From Paracoccaceae bacterium (lineage in GTDB: Bacteria; Pseudomonadota; Alphaproteobacteria; MPNO01; UBA830), in contig JBLIMV010000003.1 of the NCBI GenBank assembly GCA_047638395.1, positions 35,299 to 99,298 of the forward strand: DNA of 64,000 nucleotides, written 5' to 3'. Position numbers and translations under genes: made by a program. Of this stretch, positions 46,410 through 56,156 are shown piece by piece. Position 1 is the stretch's first letter, and every line of letters starts with the position of its first letter. Under the pieces are notes generated by a model. The model made no database searches. It had not been told where the DNA came from and saw only the letters and a program-made list of their open reading frames with translations.

Positions 46410-47075
46410 ATGCTGCCCTATACTGCAGAGGTCCTGTTCGCCCTGTTCGACGAATACAATCAGGCGGTCCGGCCATTACAGGGCGTTGCCCTGTTCCTTG
46501 CTGCGGGTGTGTTGATGCTAGCACTCCGGTCCCGCGAAAACCGGAGCCGCGTTATCGTCGCGATCCTGGCAGCCGGCTGGGTATGGACCGGCACGGTCTT
46601 CCACCTGGTCTATTTCAGAGAAATCAACTTCGCCGCACCGGCCTATGGCGCCGTTTTTATCCTGCAGGGCTTCCTGCTGTTCTGGAGCGGCGTTTACCGG
46701 AACCGGATTTCCATCCGTTTTCAGCGGAAACCGGCCAGCTACGCCGGCGCCGCCATCTTCATCCTGTCGGCCCTGATCCTGCCGGTAATCGACTGGCATC
46801 ACGGCCTGTCATGGACCGAAGCCCGGTTTGCCCTTCTGGCGCCTGGCACCACGGCAGGGCTGACACTCGGTCTCCTCATGATGGTAGACCGCCGCCCACC
46901 CCTCTGGGTAGGTGCCATCCCCATTCTGTGGACCACCATCGCCGGAGCCCATGCGGCGGTTCTCGGTGTCTATCAGGACATCGCGTTAACCGCCGCCGGG
47001 CTTATCGCGCTGTTCTGGCTCGTCGCCCGTGCGCGCGTGTTGCTGGAACGGATCGACGATATCGATCAGTTGTAG
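46410..47075 (+). CDS. Polytopic membrane protein of unknown function (DUF6064-like)
   Basis: About 7 hydrophobic segments; 4-nt gap after the AKR gene; family label from recollection only. Confidence 0.7.
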   Translation: MLPYTAEVLFALFDEYNQAVRPLQGVALFLAAGVLMLALRSRENRSRVIVAILAAGWVWTGTVFHLVYFREINFAAPAYGAVFILQGFLLFWSGVYRNRISIRFQRKPASYAGAAIFILSALILPVIDWHHGLSWTEARFALLAPGTTAGLTLGLLMMVDRRPPLWVGAIPILWTTIAGAHAAVLGVYQDIALTAAGLIALFWLVARARVLLERIDDIDQL

Positions 47076-47938
47076 CGGTCTTCGAACTCTGTAATTTCGT
47101 TGAAACCCATCAGGTCATTGAATTCCGCAAACGAAAACAGTTCCATACCGCCCTTTTCCGCATCGCCATGCTCTTTGAGCGCCCCGTAGACGGAGTTGAG
47201 CGCATTGCACGTCGCAAGGAAGCCTGCAGCCGGGAATATGGCGATTCTGTAGCCGAGCGCTTTGAGTTCGTCCGGCGTCATCACGGGGGTCACACCGCCA
47301 TTGACCATGTTCGACAACAGCGGAATGTCGCTGCCGAAACGCTGTCCGATGTCGCGCATTTCCTCGACATCGGCGGGCGCTTCGTAGAACAGAATATCGG
47401 CACCTGCTTCGACATACATCTCGGAACGCCGCATGGCCTCGTCACGACCGACCGCCTTGCGCGCATCGGTACGCGCGATAATCAGCGTATCTGCGGAAAG
47501 CCGGCTATCGAGCGCAACCTTGATCTTCGTGACCATGTCTTCGGCCGGGATCAGTTTGTGGCCGGTCAGGTGGCCGCATTTCTTGGGGAAATCCTGATCT
47601 TCGATCTGAATCGCCGATACGCCCGCCATCTCGTAGCCGCGTACCGTTTCGCGCACATTCACCGGCCCGCCATAGCCCGTATCTGCATCGGCGATCAACG
47701 GCGTCTGCGTGCCACCGGCCACGCGACCGGCGCGCGATACCATATCGGTATAAGTCGCGATGCCGGCGTCAGGCAGCCCCAGGTGCGATGCAACCGTGCC
47801 GGACCCGGTCATGTAGAGCGCATGGAAGCCCATGCGGTCCGCCATTTTGGCAGAGATCATGTCGTAAATGCCCGGGGCCACGATAAAGTCGTCGCCGTCA
47901 CGCAGTTTCGCCGCGAGGGTCGCTGATTTCGATTGCAT
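47066..47938 (-). CDS. Isocitrate lyase/PEP mutase-family enzyme (methylisocitrate/dimethylmalate lyase or oxaloacetate hydrolase-like)
   Basis: Start reassigned to ATG 47938; PGIYD, DADTGYG, IEDQ.FPKKCGH, IARTDA, FYEAP. Confidence 0.9.
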   Translation of the reverse strand: MQSKSATLAAKLRDGDDFIVAPGIYDMISAKMADRMGFHALYMTGSGTVASHLGLPDAGIATYTDMVSRAGRVAGGTQTPLIADADTGYGGPVNVRETVRGYEMAGVSAIQIEDQDFPKKCGHLTGHKLIPAEDMVTKIKVALDSRLSADTLIIARTDARKAVGRDEAMRRSEMYVEAGADILFYEAPADVEEMRDIGQRFGSDIPLLSNMVNGGVTPVMTPDELKALGYRIAIFPAAGFLATCNALNSVYGALKEHGDAEKGGMELFSFAEFNDLMGFNEITEFEDRYN

Positions 47939-48080
47939 TGATGGAGCTCCTGTTTCCTGCGCGGAATATAGGGCGCTGCGGGAAACAGGCAAGGTCACGG
48001 AAAATATGCGGGCGGCTACGACGCACGACAGGAAACAGCGGTAGTGTTGCCGAGCTGGCCGATATTTTCGCAGGTACCGT

Positions 48081-49382
48081 TCATCGCATGGCGACGGAGA
48101 GTGTCCGGTGAATAGCGGCGGTTCGGGCAATCAAGGCGGCATCATCGCCGACACGTGCGGCGAGCTGGACACCGATCGGCATATTATTCGCTCCCCGTGC
48201 GACAGGCAGCGTAATCGTCGGGCCATGCATCAGGGTCCACATCCGGTTGAAGGACGACATGGTCGGGCTGACCAGGTCTGCCGGCGCCTCCCCCGCAGTC
48301 GATGGTGTCAGTAACACCGGAAAATCATCATAGACCCGGGCCAGGGCCGCCCGTGCTGCATCCGACGTCGCAATTGCGTCTGCGTATTCTGCATCGGTCC
48401 AGGTGGACTCTCCGGTTTCGCGCATCCACGGATTCATCTTGTCCATATGATCGCGGAAATCATCGGCGAGCGCCGCCTTTCCTTCGTAATTGGATATCAC
48501 CCGAAACGGCTGCTCAATCGAAATCAGCTCGGGCGGCAGGTCAATATCAGTCACCTCATACCCGGCGGCAGATAATGCGGCTGCCGACGTCTCCAGCGCC
48601 GCCTGCGTGTAATCTTCAGCTTCGGCCCACATTGGTGTGCGGCACACGCCGATCTTCGGGCGCCCGCTCTCTGCCGGCACAGCCTTGCCTGTCACCGCAC
48701 TGTAGACCAGCCCGATATCGTCGACTGACCGGGCAAAGTATCCGAGTGTATCGAGCGATTTCTTCAGCGCCTGAATACCGGTCCGGTCCAGACCATCGAG
48801 GCTCGCCTTGTATCCCACAACGCCGCAGAAAGCGGCGGGCAGAATAACCGAGCCACCGGTCTGGGTACCGTTGGCCAGCGGCACCATAAAATCTGCAACC
48901 GCCGCCGCCGAACCGCTTGACGACACGCCCGGTGTGCGGTCGGTATCGTGCGGATTGCGAACACCCACAGGGAGCGGACTCGCGAACTGCGTCGTCGTCG
49001 TTTTTCCAAGGATCACCGCCCCCGCTGCGCGCAGCGCGGCCACACAAATCGAGTCGGTCTCCGGGCGATGCCCCTTATAGATTTCGGAGCCATATTCCGT
49101 CGGCATATCACGGGTATCGAGAACATCCTTCACACCCACCGGAACGCCGTGCAGTGGCCCAATCGGTGCATCTGCGGCGTCGCAGGCCCGGGCCTGCGCC
49201 AGCGCATACGGCTTATCGAGATAGGTCCAGGCACCGAGCGTGCCGTCATGCTCGTCGATCCGGGAAAGGCAGTCGGAAACCAGCGCCTCAGAGGTGATCT
49301 CACCGGCGGCAATCCGCCGCGCGGCTTCACTCGCGGTCAGGCTGTCCAGGCCCATTGGCACCTGCCCTGCAAAATTACTCAT
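48081..49382 (-). CDS. Amidase-signature family enzyme
   Basis: Start ATG 49382; GVPVGVKD, GKTTT, PGVSSSGSAAAVA, GTQTGGS (Ser-cisSer-Lys triad). Confidence 0.92.
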   Translation of the reverse strand: MSNFAGQVPMGLDSLTASEAARRIAAGEITSEALVSDCLSRIDEHDGTLGAWTYLDKPYALAQARACDAADAPIGPLHGVPVGVKDVLDTRDMPTEYGSEIYKGHRPETDSICVAALRAAGAVILGKTTTTQFASPLPVGVRNPHDTDRTPGVSSSGSAAAVADFMVPLANGTQTGGSVILPAAFCGVVGYKASLDGLDRTGIQALKKSLDTLGYFARSVDDIGLVYSAVTGKAVPAESGRPKIGVCRTPMWAEAEDYTQAALETSAAALSAAGYEVTDIDLPPELISIEQPFRVISNYEGKAALADDFRDHMDKMNPWMRETGESTWTDAEYADAIATSDAARAALARVYDDFPVLLTPSTAGEAPADLVSPTMSSFNRMWTLMHGPTITLPVARGANNMPIGVQLAARVGDDAALIARTAAIHRTLSVAMR

Positions 49383-50197
49383 ACCTTTTCCGCTTCCTGG
49401 CGATATTGCGGATCCGTGTAACGCTCTCCGGCCTCCCGCACATGGGCAAGGACACGCGCATCGCGATCTTCGGTCGGTGTCGGATCTGCATCCCAATTGC
49501 CCCACTCGTCGACACCGCGCACGAGGTCAGCAGGACGTCTGCCGAGCGTTGATTTCACATGCGCCGGGAAATAGAAAATCCCGATACCGACACGCATCGC
49601 GTCCGTATTGTTCGCAGCCGACCCGTGAACGATACGTTCGTGATGACAGGAAAACTGACCGGCCTTCAGCGTCAGATCGACCGCGCCGGTATCATCAATC
49701 TCATCGATCGACTGGCCGCGCGCCAGGAGGTTTTTCTCATCGAAGGTCTCGACATGGGAATAGGATTTACCCAGATGGGTTCCCGGGATCACCCGGACAC
49801 AGCCGTTTTCGGGCTTGCTGTCCGTCAGCGCCAGCCAGACCGTGACCAGCTCATGGGGGTCGAGACCGAAATAGGCGGAATCCTGATGCCAGGACACAAA
49901 CGAGCCATCCCGCCCCGGTTTCATCCAGAACCGTGACGACAGCGCCATAATATTGGGACCGATCAGGTCTTCGACAACGTCAAGAATTTTGGGGTGGCGC
50001 GAGAATTCGTAGGACCGGCGAAAACACAGATGCCCTTTGACAACAATGGCGGACGCCCGCATGCCCTCGTCACGTTCGAACGCATCCAGATCGGCACACA
50101 TCGCGGCAGTATCCGCCGGATCGACGCCGTCGAGTGGCGCGAGATAACCATTCTCGCGATAGAACGTAATCTGGTCGTCGGTCAGTACTTTTGACAT
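49379..50197 (-). CDS. Phytanoyl-CoA dioxygenase (PhyH)-family 2OG-Fe(II) oxygenase
   Basis: FYRENGYL, WHQDSAYF (HxD), VWLAL, NGCVRVIPGTH, HGS..N; ATGA overlap with the amidase. Confidence 0.9.
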   Translation of the reverse strand: MSKVLTDDQITFYRENGYLAPLDGVDPADTAAMCADLDAFERDEGMRASAIVVKGHLCFRRSYEFSRHPKILDVVEDLIGPNIMALSSRFWMKPGRDGSFVSWHQDSAYFGLDPHELVTVWLALTDSKPENGCVRVIPGTHLGKSYSHVETFDEKNLLARGQSIDEIDDTGAVDLTLKAGQFSCHHERIVHGSAANNTDAMRVGIGIFYFPAHVKSTLGRRPADLVRGVDEWGNWDADPTPTEDRDARVLAHVREAGERYTDPQYRQEAEKV

Positions 50198-50269
50198 TTT
50201 CCCATCCAGTTAACTGCAAGGTCACTGATGGGAGTTTACCCCTCTCACGGTCTCATGAAACGGCAAAAT

Positions 50270-50869
50270 TCAGTCATCGGTCGGCAAAATCTGCCGATCG
50301 TCATCTTTTCCCGCCAAATTGTCGGGGTTAGCAACGGCATCGACGATCGAAAAGCCAACCATAGCCTGCATGCGACCCGGCGAATCCAGGAAAACCGTCG
50401 GCGCTGGCGCTGGCGTCAGCGCATTCTCGCCCTGTCCGGCAGCAGCGTTCTTACTCTGCTCAGAGCCCCGATTGAACTCTGCTTCGGCGGCGAGGCGAGC
50501 CTGAATTTCCTCGGCAATCATTTTCTCGATGAGCCCGCGCTGTTCTGCAGGCATTGCGGCGAGCATTTCTTCATTGAGCCCCATTCCGATGAGAATTTGC
50601 TCACGCATTTCCTCCAGCTTTCGCTCATGATTTCGTTCGAGGTAAGCCTGAAAGCCGTTTTTCCGGATAAATGCGATGTCATCTTCGGCGGAATCTTGCG
50701 CCTCGCCGCCTTGGTTCCCCGCCAAAACGGCCGCGTTCATGGCCGCATCGCTCTGTGTCTCCAGAAATGACGCGAAGGATTGCCCTGACGCCGGCTTCTC
50801 AGATGTAGTGGCACCGCTCAGAGCGGCTGAATCCGGCCCGATAAATGGCTGATTGCTGGCGATTTCCAT
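50270..50869 (-). CDS. Hypothetical protein: low-complexity N- and C-termini around a helical core
   Basis: Good RBS (GGAGAA) before ATG 50869; core ..EEMREQILIGMGLNEEMLAAMPAEQRGLIEKMIAEEIQARL.. Confidence 0.75.
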   Translation of the reverse strand: MEIASNQPFIGPDSAALSGATTSEKPASGQSFASFLETQSDAAMNAAVLAGNQGGEAQDSAEDDIAFIRKNGFQAYLERNHERKLEEMREQILIGMGLNEEMLAAMPAEQRGLIEKMIAEEIQARLAAEAEFNRGSEQSKNAAAGQGENALTPAPAPTVFLDSPGRMQAMVGFSIVDAVANPDNLAGKDDDRQILPTDD

Positions 50870-50922
50870 ACTGTTCTCCGATCGAAACAACATGTGTCGT
50901 AGAGACGTTCGGAGAAAACAAA

Positions 50923-50938
50923 TGCAATTATCGTGCCA
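50923..50938 (-). promoter_or_regulatory. Sigma54 (-24/-12) promoter TGGCACGATAATTGCA
   Basis: Exact match to TGGCACG-N4-TTGCW, oriented toward the hypothetical gene starting 54 nt downstream. Confidence 0.85.
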
Positions 50939-50962
50939 ACAACCTCATTCGCTGAATGGCCG

Positions 50963-52546
50963 CTAACCGTCCGCCCGCAGCTTGAAACGCTGAATTTTGC
51001 CGGTCGCGGTTTTAGGCAACTCCTCGACGAAATTGAACCAGCGCGGATACTTGTAACGTGCGAGACCGTCCTTGCAGTGCTCAAGCAGCTCTGCCGCAAG
51101 GCCATCACTCGCATCGCCGTGCTCTTTCAGAATGATATGGGCTTCCGGCTTGACCAGACCGTCCTTGTCTTCACGTCCGACAACACCGGCCTCCAGCACC
51201 GCAGGATGATCGATCAGCCGCGATTCAATTTCAATCGGCGAACACCATATGCCACCGACCTTGATCATGTCGTCAGACCTGCCGTTATAGACGTAGTAGC
51301 CGTCTTCATCCTGGGTATAGGTGTCGCCGGTATTCACCCAGTCGTCGCCCATCATGGTCTGCTCTGTCCGCTCCGGCTGGTTCCAGTAATAGGCCGCCAT
51401 GGACTGCCCCTGCACCAGAAGCCGGCCGACCTCGCCCGGTGTCACATCTTTGCCGTCATCGTCGACGATACGCGCTTTGTATCCGGGCAGAACCTTGCCG
51501 CTGGTGCCGGCCTTCGCATCTTCAGGACGGTTCGAGATAAAAATGTGAGTACCCTCAGTCGAGCCGATCCCATCGACCGGCGGATTGCCGACCACCTCTT
51601 TCCAGCGGTTAAAGATGGGTGCCGGCAGCGATTCACCTGCCGAGACACAGACACGCACGCTGGATAGATCCGGTGTCTCGGTCTCCATCGCGCGGCACTG
51701 GGCTGCATAAAGCGTCGGCACGCCGTAATAAATGGTCGGTCGGTATTTCTCGATGATCCGAAACGTCATCTCCGGCGTTGGGCGTTCGGCCGACAGAACG
51801 GTGCTGGCGCCGTACATCAGCGGAAAATTCATCGAATTGGCGAGCCCGTAGGCGAAGAACAGTTTCGCTGCGGAGAACATGATGTCGTCTTCGGTAATCT
51901 GCAGAACGGGCTCGGAATACAGCACCGCATTGACCAGCAGGTCGCGTTGACGATGGACGGTGCCCTTGGGACGACCGGTCGAGCCGGACGAATAAAGCCA
52001 GAAGCAATCCGCCATCGCATCGGACGGATGCGGATCGAGCGCATCGGATGCGGCAGCGATCATCTCGCCAAGACCGCCTTCCCCCTCGGTGAGGGCAATA
52101 AAGGGCGGCTTGCGCGTGGCCGCCGCCAGCGCCGGGCCGACCTCGGCCTCAAAATCGGGCGAATAGATCAGCGCTGCGCATTCTGAATCGTCGATCATGT
52201 ATTGATAGTCGGCGGTGCGCAGCAGGGTGTTGATCGGCACAGGGATAATTCCGGCCTTGATTGCCCCGTAATACAGATAGACGAATTCAGGGCAGTCCTT
52301 GACGATCATCAGCATTCGGCCACGCGGCGGGATCCCCGCTTCCAGCAATGCATTGCCGCACCGGTTCACGCGTTCTGCGAGCTGTCCGTAGCTGACAGTT
52401 TCATGCTCGGTGATATAGGCCGTTCTATCGCCACGGCCCTCATCGATATGCCGGTCAACCATATGAACGGCGACATTGAACGAGTCGGCGAATGCAAATA
52501 CCGGCGCATCGCCCGACCGGTCTATATGAACCGTATTTGGTTCCAT
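50963..52546 (-). CDS. bclA: Benzoate-CoA ligase family protein
   Basis: WLYSSGSTGRPKG, FSAAKLFFAYGL, DGIGSTE, W..TGD, GRSDDMIKVGG.W.SP.EIE, PKTATGKIQRF; follows boxB. Confidence 0.92.
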   Translation of the reverse strand: MEPNTVHIDRSGDAPVFAFADSFNVAVHMVDRHIDEGRGDRTAYITEHETVSYGQLAERVNRCGNALLEAGIPPRGRMLMIVKDCPEFVYLYYGAIKAGIIPVPINTLLRTADYQYMIDDSECAALIYSPDFEAEVGPALAAATRKPPFIALTEGEGGLGEMIAAASDALDPHPSDAMADCFWLYSSGSTGRPKGTVHRQRDLLVNAVLYSEPVLQITEDDIMFSAAKLFFAYGLANSMNFPLMYGASTVLSAERPTPEMTFRIIEKYRPTIYYGVPTLYAAQCRAMETETPDLSSVRVCVSAGESLPAPIFNRWKEVVGNPPVDGIGSTEGTHIFISNRPEDAKAGTSGKVLPGYKARIVDDDGKDVTPGEVGRLLVQGQSMAAYYWNQPERTEQTMMGDDWVNTGDTYTQDEDGYYVYNGRSDDMIKVGGIWCSPIEIESRLIDHPAVLEAGVVGREDKDGLVKPEAHIILKEHGDASDGLAAELLEHCKDGLARYKYPRWFNFVEELPKTATGKIQRFKLRADG

Positions 52547-52626
52547 CGTTTTCTCCCAAGTCGTCCGGCCTTCTGGCCGCTACGTTTATTTGTCTTGTTT
52601 TAGCGCCCGCCAGAGCCTTATGGAAG

Positions 52627-52652
52627 AAGGGCGGGGTTTAAAACCCGCCCTT
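52627..52652 (-). terminator. Stem-loop directly after boxB (attenuator or mRNA stabiliser inside the box operon)
   Basis: AAGGGCGGG...CCCGCCCTT with a weak U-tract on the minus strand. Confidence 0.6.
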
Positions 52653-52659
52653 TGCCGCA

Positions 52660-54093
52660 TCAGTTGAACCGGACGTAGTCGAAATCGAACGGGTGACCGT
52701 GAATGCCGCGCGTCGGCGGCGCGATCCAGCCGGCAATCTTGCCGTGCTCGTAACACGGCTTCATCAGCGTGGTCACGAATGCCCGGTCGGTATCTGTCGG
52801 CAGCCATTTGTCGACATTCCTCGTCCATTCGGCCTCGCTGATGACCTTGCCTTCGGGTGAAACCTTGACCTCGGAGAAATTACCGATGGCCCGGTGGAAC
52901 CCGCGATGAGGCAGCGAGAAACGAACATCATGACCATGTTTCTCGATGACCTTGTTCCAGCGGTTCAGACCCCGCTGGCAGTCATCGATATAATCCTGGC
53001 GAAGCTTTTCGTTGATCGACGTCAGCGCCGGCTGCTCACGCTCGACGATCTTTTCACCTTCGAGCATCAGCACGTTATAGGTGTCGTTCACCAGCAAATG
53101 ATCATCATCAATCTTCGCTTCATGGAACCGGCCTTTCAGGCCCTGCGTGTAATAGTTCGCCGCATTCGTCGACAGTTCCTGACCGAACAGATCGACCGAA
53201 ACGGAATAGTGGAAATTGATCCAGCGCTGCAGCGTTTCGAGATCTATCGCGCCTGCCTGGCGGACACGTTCAGGATCGTCAGAGCCGATCTCATCCATCA
53301 CTTCACAGGTCCGCTTGACGACACGCATCACGCCGGACTCGCCGACAAACATGTGATGGGCTTCCTCGGTCAGCATAAACTGGCAGGTCCGAGCCAGCGG
53401 ATCGAAGGCACTTTCGGCCAGCGAAGCGAGCTGGAACTTGCCGTCCCTGTCGGTGAAGAACGCGAACATGAACATCGACAGCCATTCCGGGGTCGGCTCA
53501 TTGAACGCGCCAAGAATACGCGGCTTGTCGGCGTCGCCGGAATGGCGTTCCAGCATTGCCTCGGCCTCTTCGCGACCGTCGCGCCCGAAATGAGCGTGCA
53601 GAAGATAGACCATCGCCCACAGGTGGCGGCCTTCCTCGACATTAATCTGGAACAGGTTCCGGAGGTCGTAGAGCGACGGCGCGGTCAGGCCGAGCAGCCG
53701 CTGCTGTTCGACCGACGCGGGTTCCGTGTCACCCTGGGTCACGATCAGACGGCGCAGGGTGGAGCGGTATTCACCGGGCACTTCCTGCCAGACGTCTTCG
53801 CCCTTGTGGTCGCCGAAGGCAATCTTACGATCCGGCACGGGCTCATTCAGAAAAATGCCCCAACGGTATTCCGGCATTTTTACATAATCGAAATGCGCCC
53901 AGCCATCGGCGCTGACATCGACCGCGGTGCGCAGCAGAACATCGTATCCCTGCGTGCCTTCGGGGCCGAGTTCATCCCACCAGCTGAGATAGTTGGGTAG
54001 CCATGATTCGAGGGCCCGCTGCAGACGCCGGTTCTCGCTGAGATCGACGTTGTTGGGGATACGTTCGTTATAGTTGATGGACGACATTGTCAT
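52660..54093 (-). CDS. boxB: Benzoyl-CoA 2,3-epoxidase diiron subunit
   Basis: INYNERIPNNVDL, QGDTEPASVEQ, EEGRHLWAM, TDRDGKFQL, EEAHHMFVG. Confidence 0.96.
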   Translation of the reverse strand: MTMSSINYNERIPNNVDLSENRRLQRALESWLPNYLSWWDELGPEGTQGYDVLLRTAVDVSADGWAHFDYVKMPEYRWGIFLNEPVPDRKIAFGDHKGEDVWQEVPGEYRSTLRRLIVTQGDTEPASVEQQRLLGLTAPSLYDLRNLFQINVEEGRHLWAMVYLLHAHFGRDGREEAEAMLERHSGDADKPRILGAFNEPTPEWLSMFMFAFFTDRDGKFQLASLAESAFDPLARTCQFMLTEEAHHMFVGESGVMRVVKRTCEVMDEIGSDDPERVRQAGAIDLETLQRWINFHYSVSVDLFGQELSTNAANYYTQGLKGRFHEAKIDDDHLLVNDTYNVLMLEGEKIVEREQPALTSINEKLRQDYIDDCQRGLNRWNKVIEKHGHDVRFSLPHRGFHRAIGNFSEVKVSPEGKVISEAEWTRNVDKWLPTDTDRAFVTTLMKPCYEHGKIAGWIAPPTRGIHGHPFDFDYVRFN

Positions 54094-54171
54094 CTATCCT
54101 TTGTTAAAAATTGCGGGTCAAACACATATCCAGCGAACCGAGCACGATCAGCTGGCACTTACTCTTCCGCG

Positions 54172-55863
54172 CTAGACACGCTGTTTGTTGTAGGACGCTT
54201 TCTGTCCGGAGCCATATACCTTCAACGCACCGTCATCGCCGACCGCATTGGGGCGCTGGAAGATCCAGTTCTGCCACGCAGACAGACGGCCGAATATCTT
54301 CGTCTCCAACGTCTCCGGCCCGGCAAAGCGCAGGCTCGCCTCCATCCCGGTCAGGGCATCGGGCGAGAAGCTCGCACGTTCTTCGATGGCGATGCGAACC
54401 TCGTCTTCCCAGTCGATATCGTCGGGGATAAAGGTAACCAGTCCAAGCTCGTCCGCCTCGGCGGCCTCAACTGGTTTGCCGATCTCTTCTTTTGCCTTAT
54501 CAACCAGGGACGGATCTCCGAGGAAACGGTGTTCCAACCGTGTCAGACCGTTGGGCATTACCAGCGGACCGAAATTCATCCCTGTCAGAACCATGCTGGC
54601 ATCGGGCAGGTTCGACCCCTCGAAACCACCATCCAGCATGAAGGACCGGTCGGCAGCCACGACAAGTTCGAGCAGCGTGCCCGTGAAACAGCTGCCCGGC
54701 TCCACCAGGGCGACAAGCGATCGCGCCGACACATCGATGCGCTTGAACGTCCGCTTCATAAACAAGGTAATTTCGCGCACCAGCCAATGGTCGGCATTGT
54801 CGAGCAGTGCCTTGTCGGCAGCCTCGACATTCGCGGAACTGCCCTCGGTCTTGAAGACCCAGGTGCCGATCTCCTTTTCATTGACGCGCAGTTCCATAAT
54901 TGCATCTTCAAGATCCCGCGCCATCGCAAACGGCCAGAATGCAACACCCTGACCTTCGATTCCGGCAATGTCGGACGGCGGCGGCTCGGACGGCGCTTTG
55001 ATCGTAATGGTCGCCATCGCAAGTTCACGGTCGAGTTCGATCGTGATGTTGTCATAGACAATCCGCGTGTCTTCGATTGTCCGATTCAGGGGCGTCAGCT
55101 TGACGCCTTTGCCGTCTGCCGGGCGGTCGCTCGTGGCCGCAAATTCAGCGGCGCGTGCAGCAACATCGTCATCGAATTTCGAGCGTGGAATAATCTCATC
55201 GACCAGACCCCAGTCGGTCGCACGTTTGCCGCGAATGCCTTCTGAGGTCGTGCAGAAATAATCCGCCCGGTCATGGCGAACCTTCCGTTTGTCGACAAGA
55301 CGGGTAAGACCACCGGTGCCGGGCAGCACGGCCAGGAGCGGCAGCTCCGGCAAAGACACGGTCGACGAGCCGTCATCGATCAGCATGATGTGGTCGCAGG
55401 CAAGCGCCAGTTCGTACCCGCCCCCGGCGCAGGCGCCGTTGACTGCGGCAATGAACCGGATGCCGGAATTATCCGTCGCATCCTCAATCCCATTGCGGGT
55501 TTCATTGGTGAACTTACAGAAATTGACCTTATGGGCGTGGGTCGATTGCGACAGCATACGAATGTTCGCCCCCGCGCAGAATACCTTTGGTTTGTCCGAC
55601 GTCATGACGACCGCGCCAACCTCCGGGTGCTCGAACCGTATCCGCTGCAAGGCATCATACAGTTCGATATCGACACCGAGGTCATAGGAATTAAGCTTCA
55701 GCTCGTACCCGGGAAACAAACCCGCATTCTCATCGACATCAAGCGCCAGGCGCGCCACGCGCCCGTCGACCGTCAGATTCCAGTGATTGTATTTTTCAGG
55801 GCTGGTCCGGAAGTCGATCCGCGGTTCGCCGGCAGCTGTTTTTTCTAAGGAATCGGTCGACAT
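54172..55863 (-). CDS. boxC: 2,3-epoxybenzoyl-CoA dihydrolase (crotonase family)
   Basis: YELKLNSYDLGVDIEL, FCAGANI.ML, HKVNFCKFTNETRN, PLLAVLPGTGG, ETKIFGRLSAWQNWIFQRPNA. Confidence 0.96.
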   Translation of the reverse strand: MSTDSLEKTAAGEPRIDFRTSPEKYNHWNLTVDGRVARLALDVDENAGLFPGYELKLNSYDLGVDIELYDALQRIRFEHPEVGAVVMTSDKPKVFCAGANIRMLSQSTHAHKVNFCKFTNETRNGIEDATDNSGIRFIAAVNGACAGGGYELALACDHIMLIDDGSSTVSLPELPLLAVLPGTGGLTRLVDKRKVRHDRADYFCTTSEGIRGKRATDWGLVDEIIPRSKFDDDVAARAAEFAATSDRPADGKGVKLTPLNRTIEDTRIVYDNITIELDRELAMATITIKAPSEPPPSDIAGIEGQGVAFWPFAMARDLEDAIMELRVNEKEIGTWVFKTEGSSANVEAADKALLDNADHWLVREITLFMKRTFKRIDVSARSLVALVEPGSCFTGTLLELVVAADRSFMLDGGFEGSNLPDASMVLTGMNFGPLVMPNGLTRLEHRFLGDPSLVDKAKEEIGKPVEAAEADELGLVTFIPDDIDWEDEVRIAIEERASFSPDALTGMEASLRFAGPETLETKIFGRLSAWQNWIFQRPNAVGDDGALKVYGSGQKASYNKQRV

Positions 55864-56156
55864 ATGGCCTCCACAAGATCCCCGCTATTCGGGGAAAAGC
55901 GCTGTTTTCCGGTATTTTCCGGCTCATTTGCGCGGTTCAAATAATACTGACTATTTGGATAGTATGTTAAATTCCGCAAAATTTCAAGGGTCAAAATGAA
56001 TCTTTTTCGACACGATGCGGCTCTCAAAGGTCGACCGGCACCGGTTTGCGATGGGGCGGCAATCTGCTAGCGTCACTGGGCATAGAGGCGAAAAACGCCC
56101 GCACAACAAACAGCGGCGCGACCAAACCGGTCGGCAAACGCTGATGATATGGGAAG

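Noticed and set aside
56036-56050. Sigma54-like CGGCACCGGTTTGCG upstream of the CoA ligase
   Set aside because: GG-to-GC spacing is one base short of the strict -24/-12 requirement
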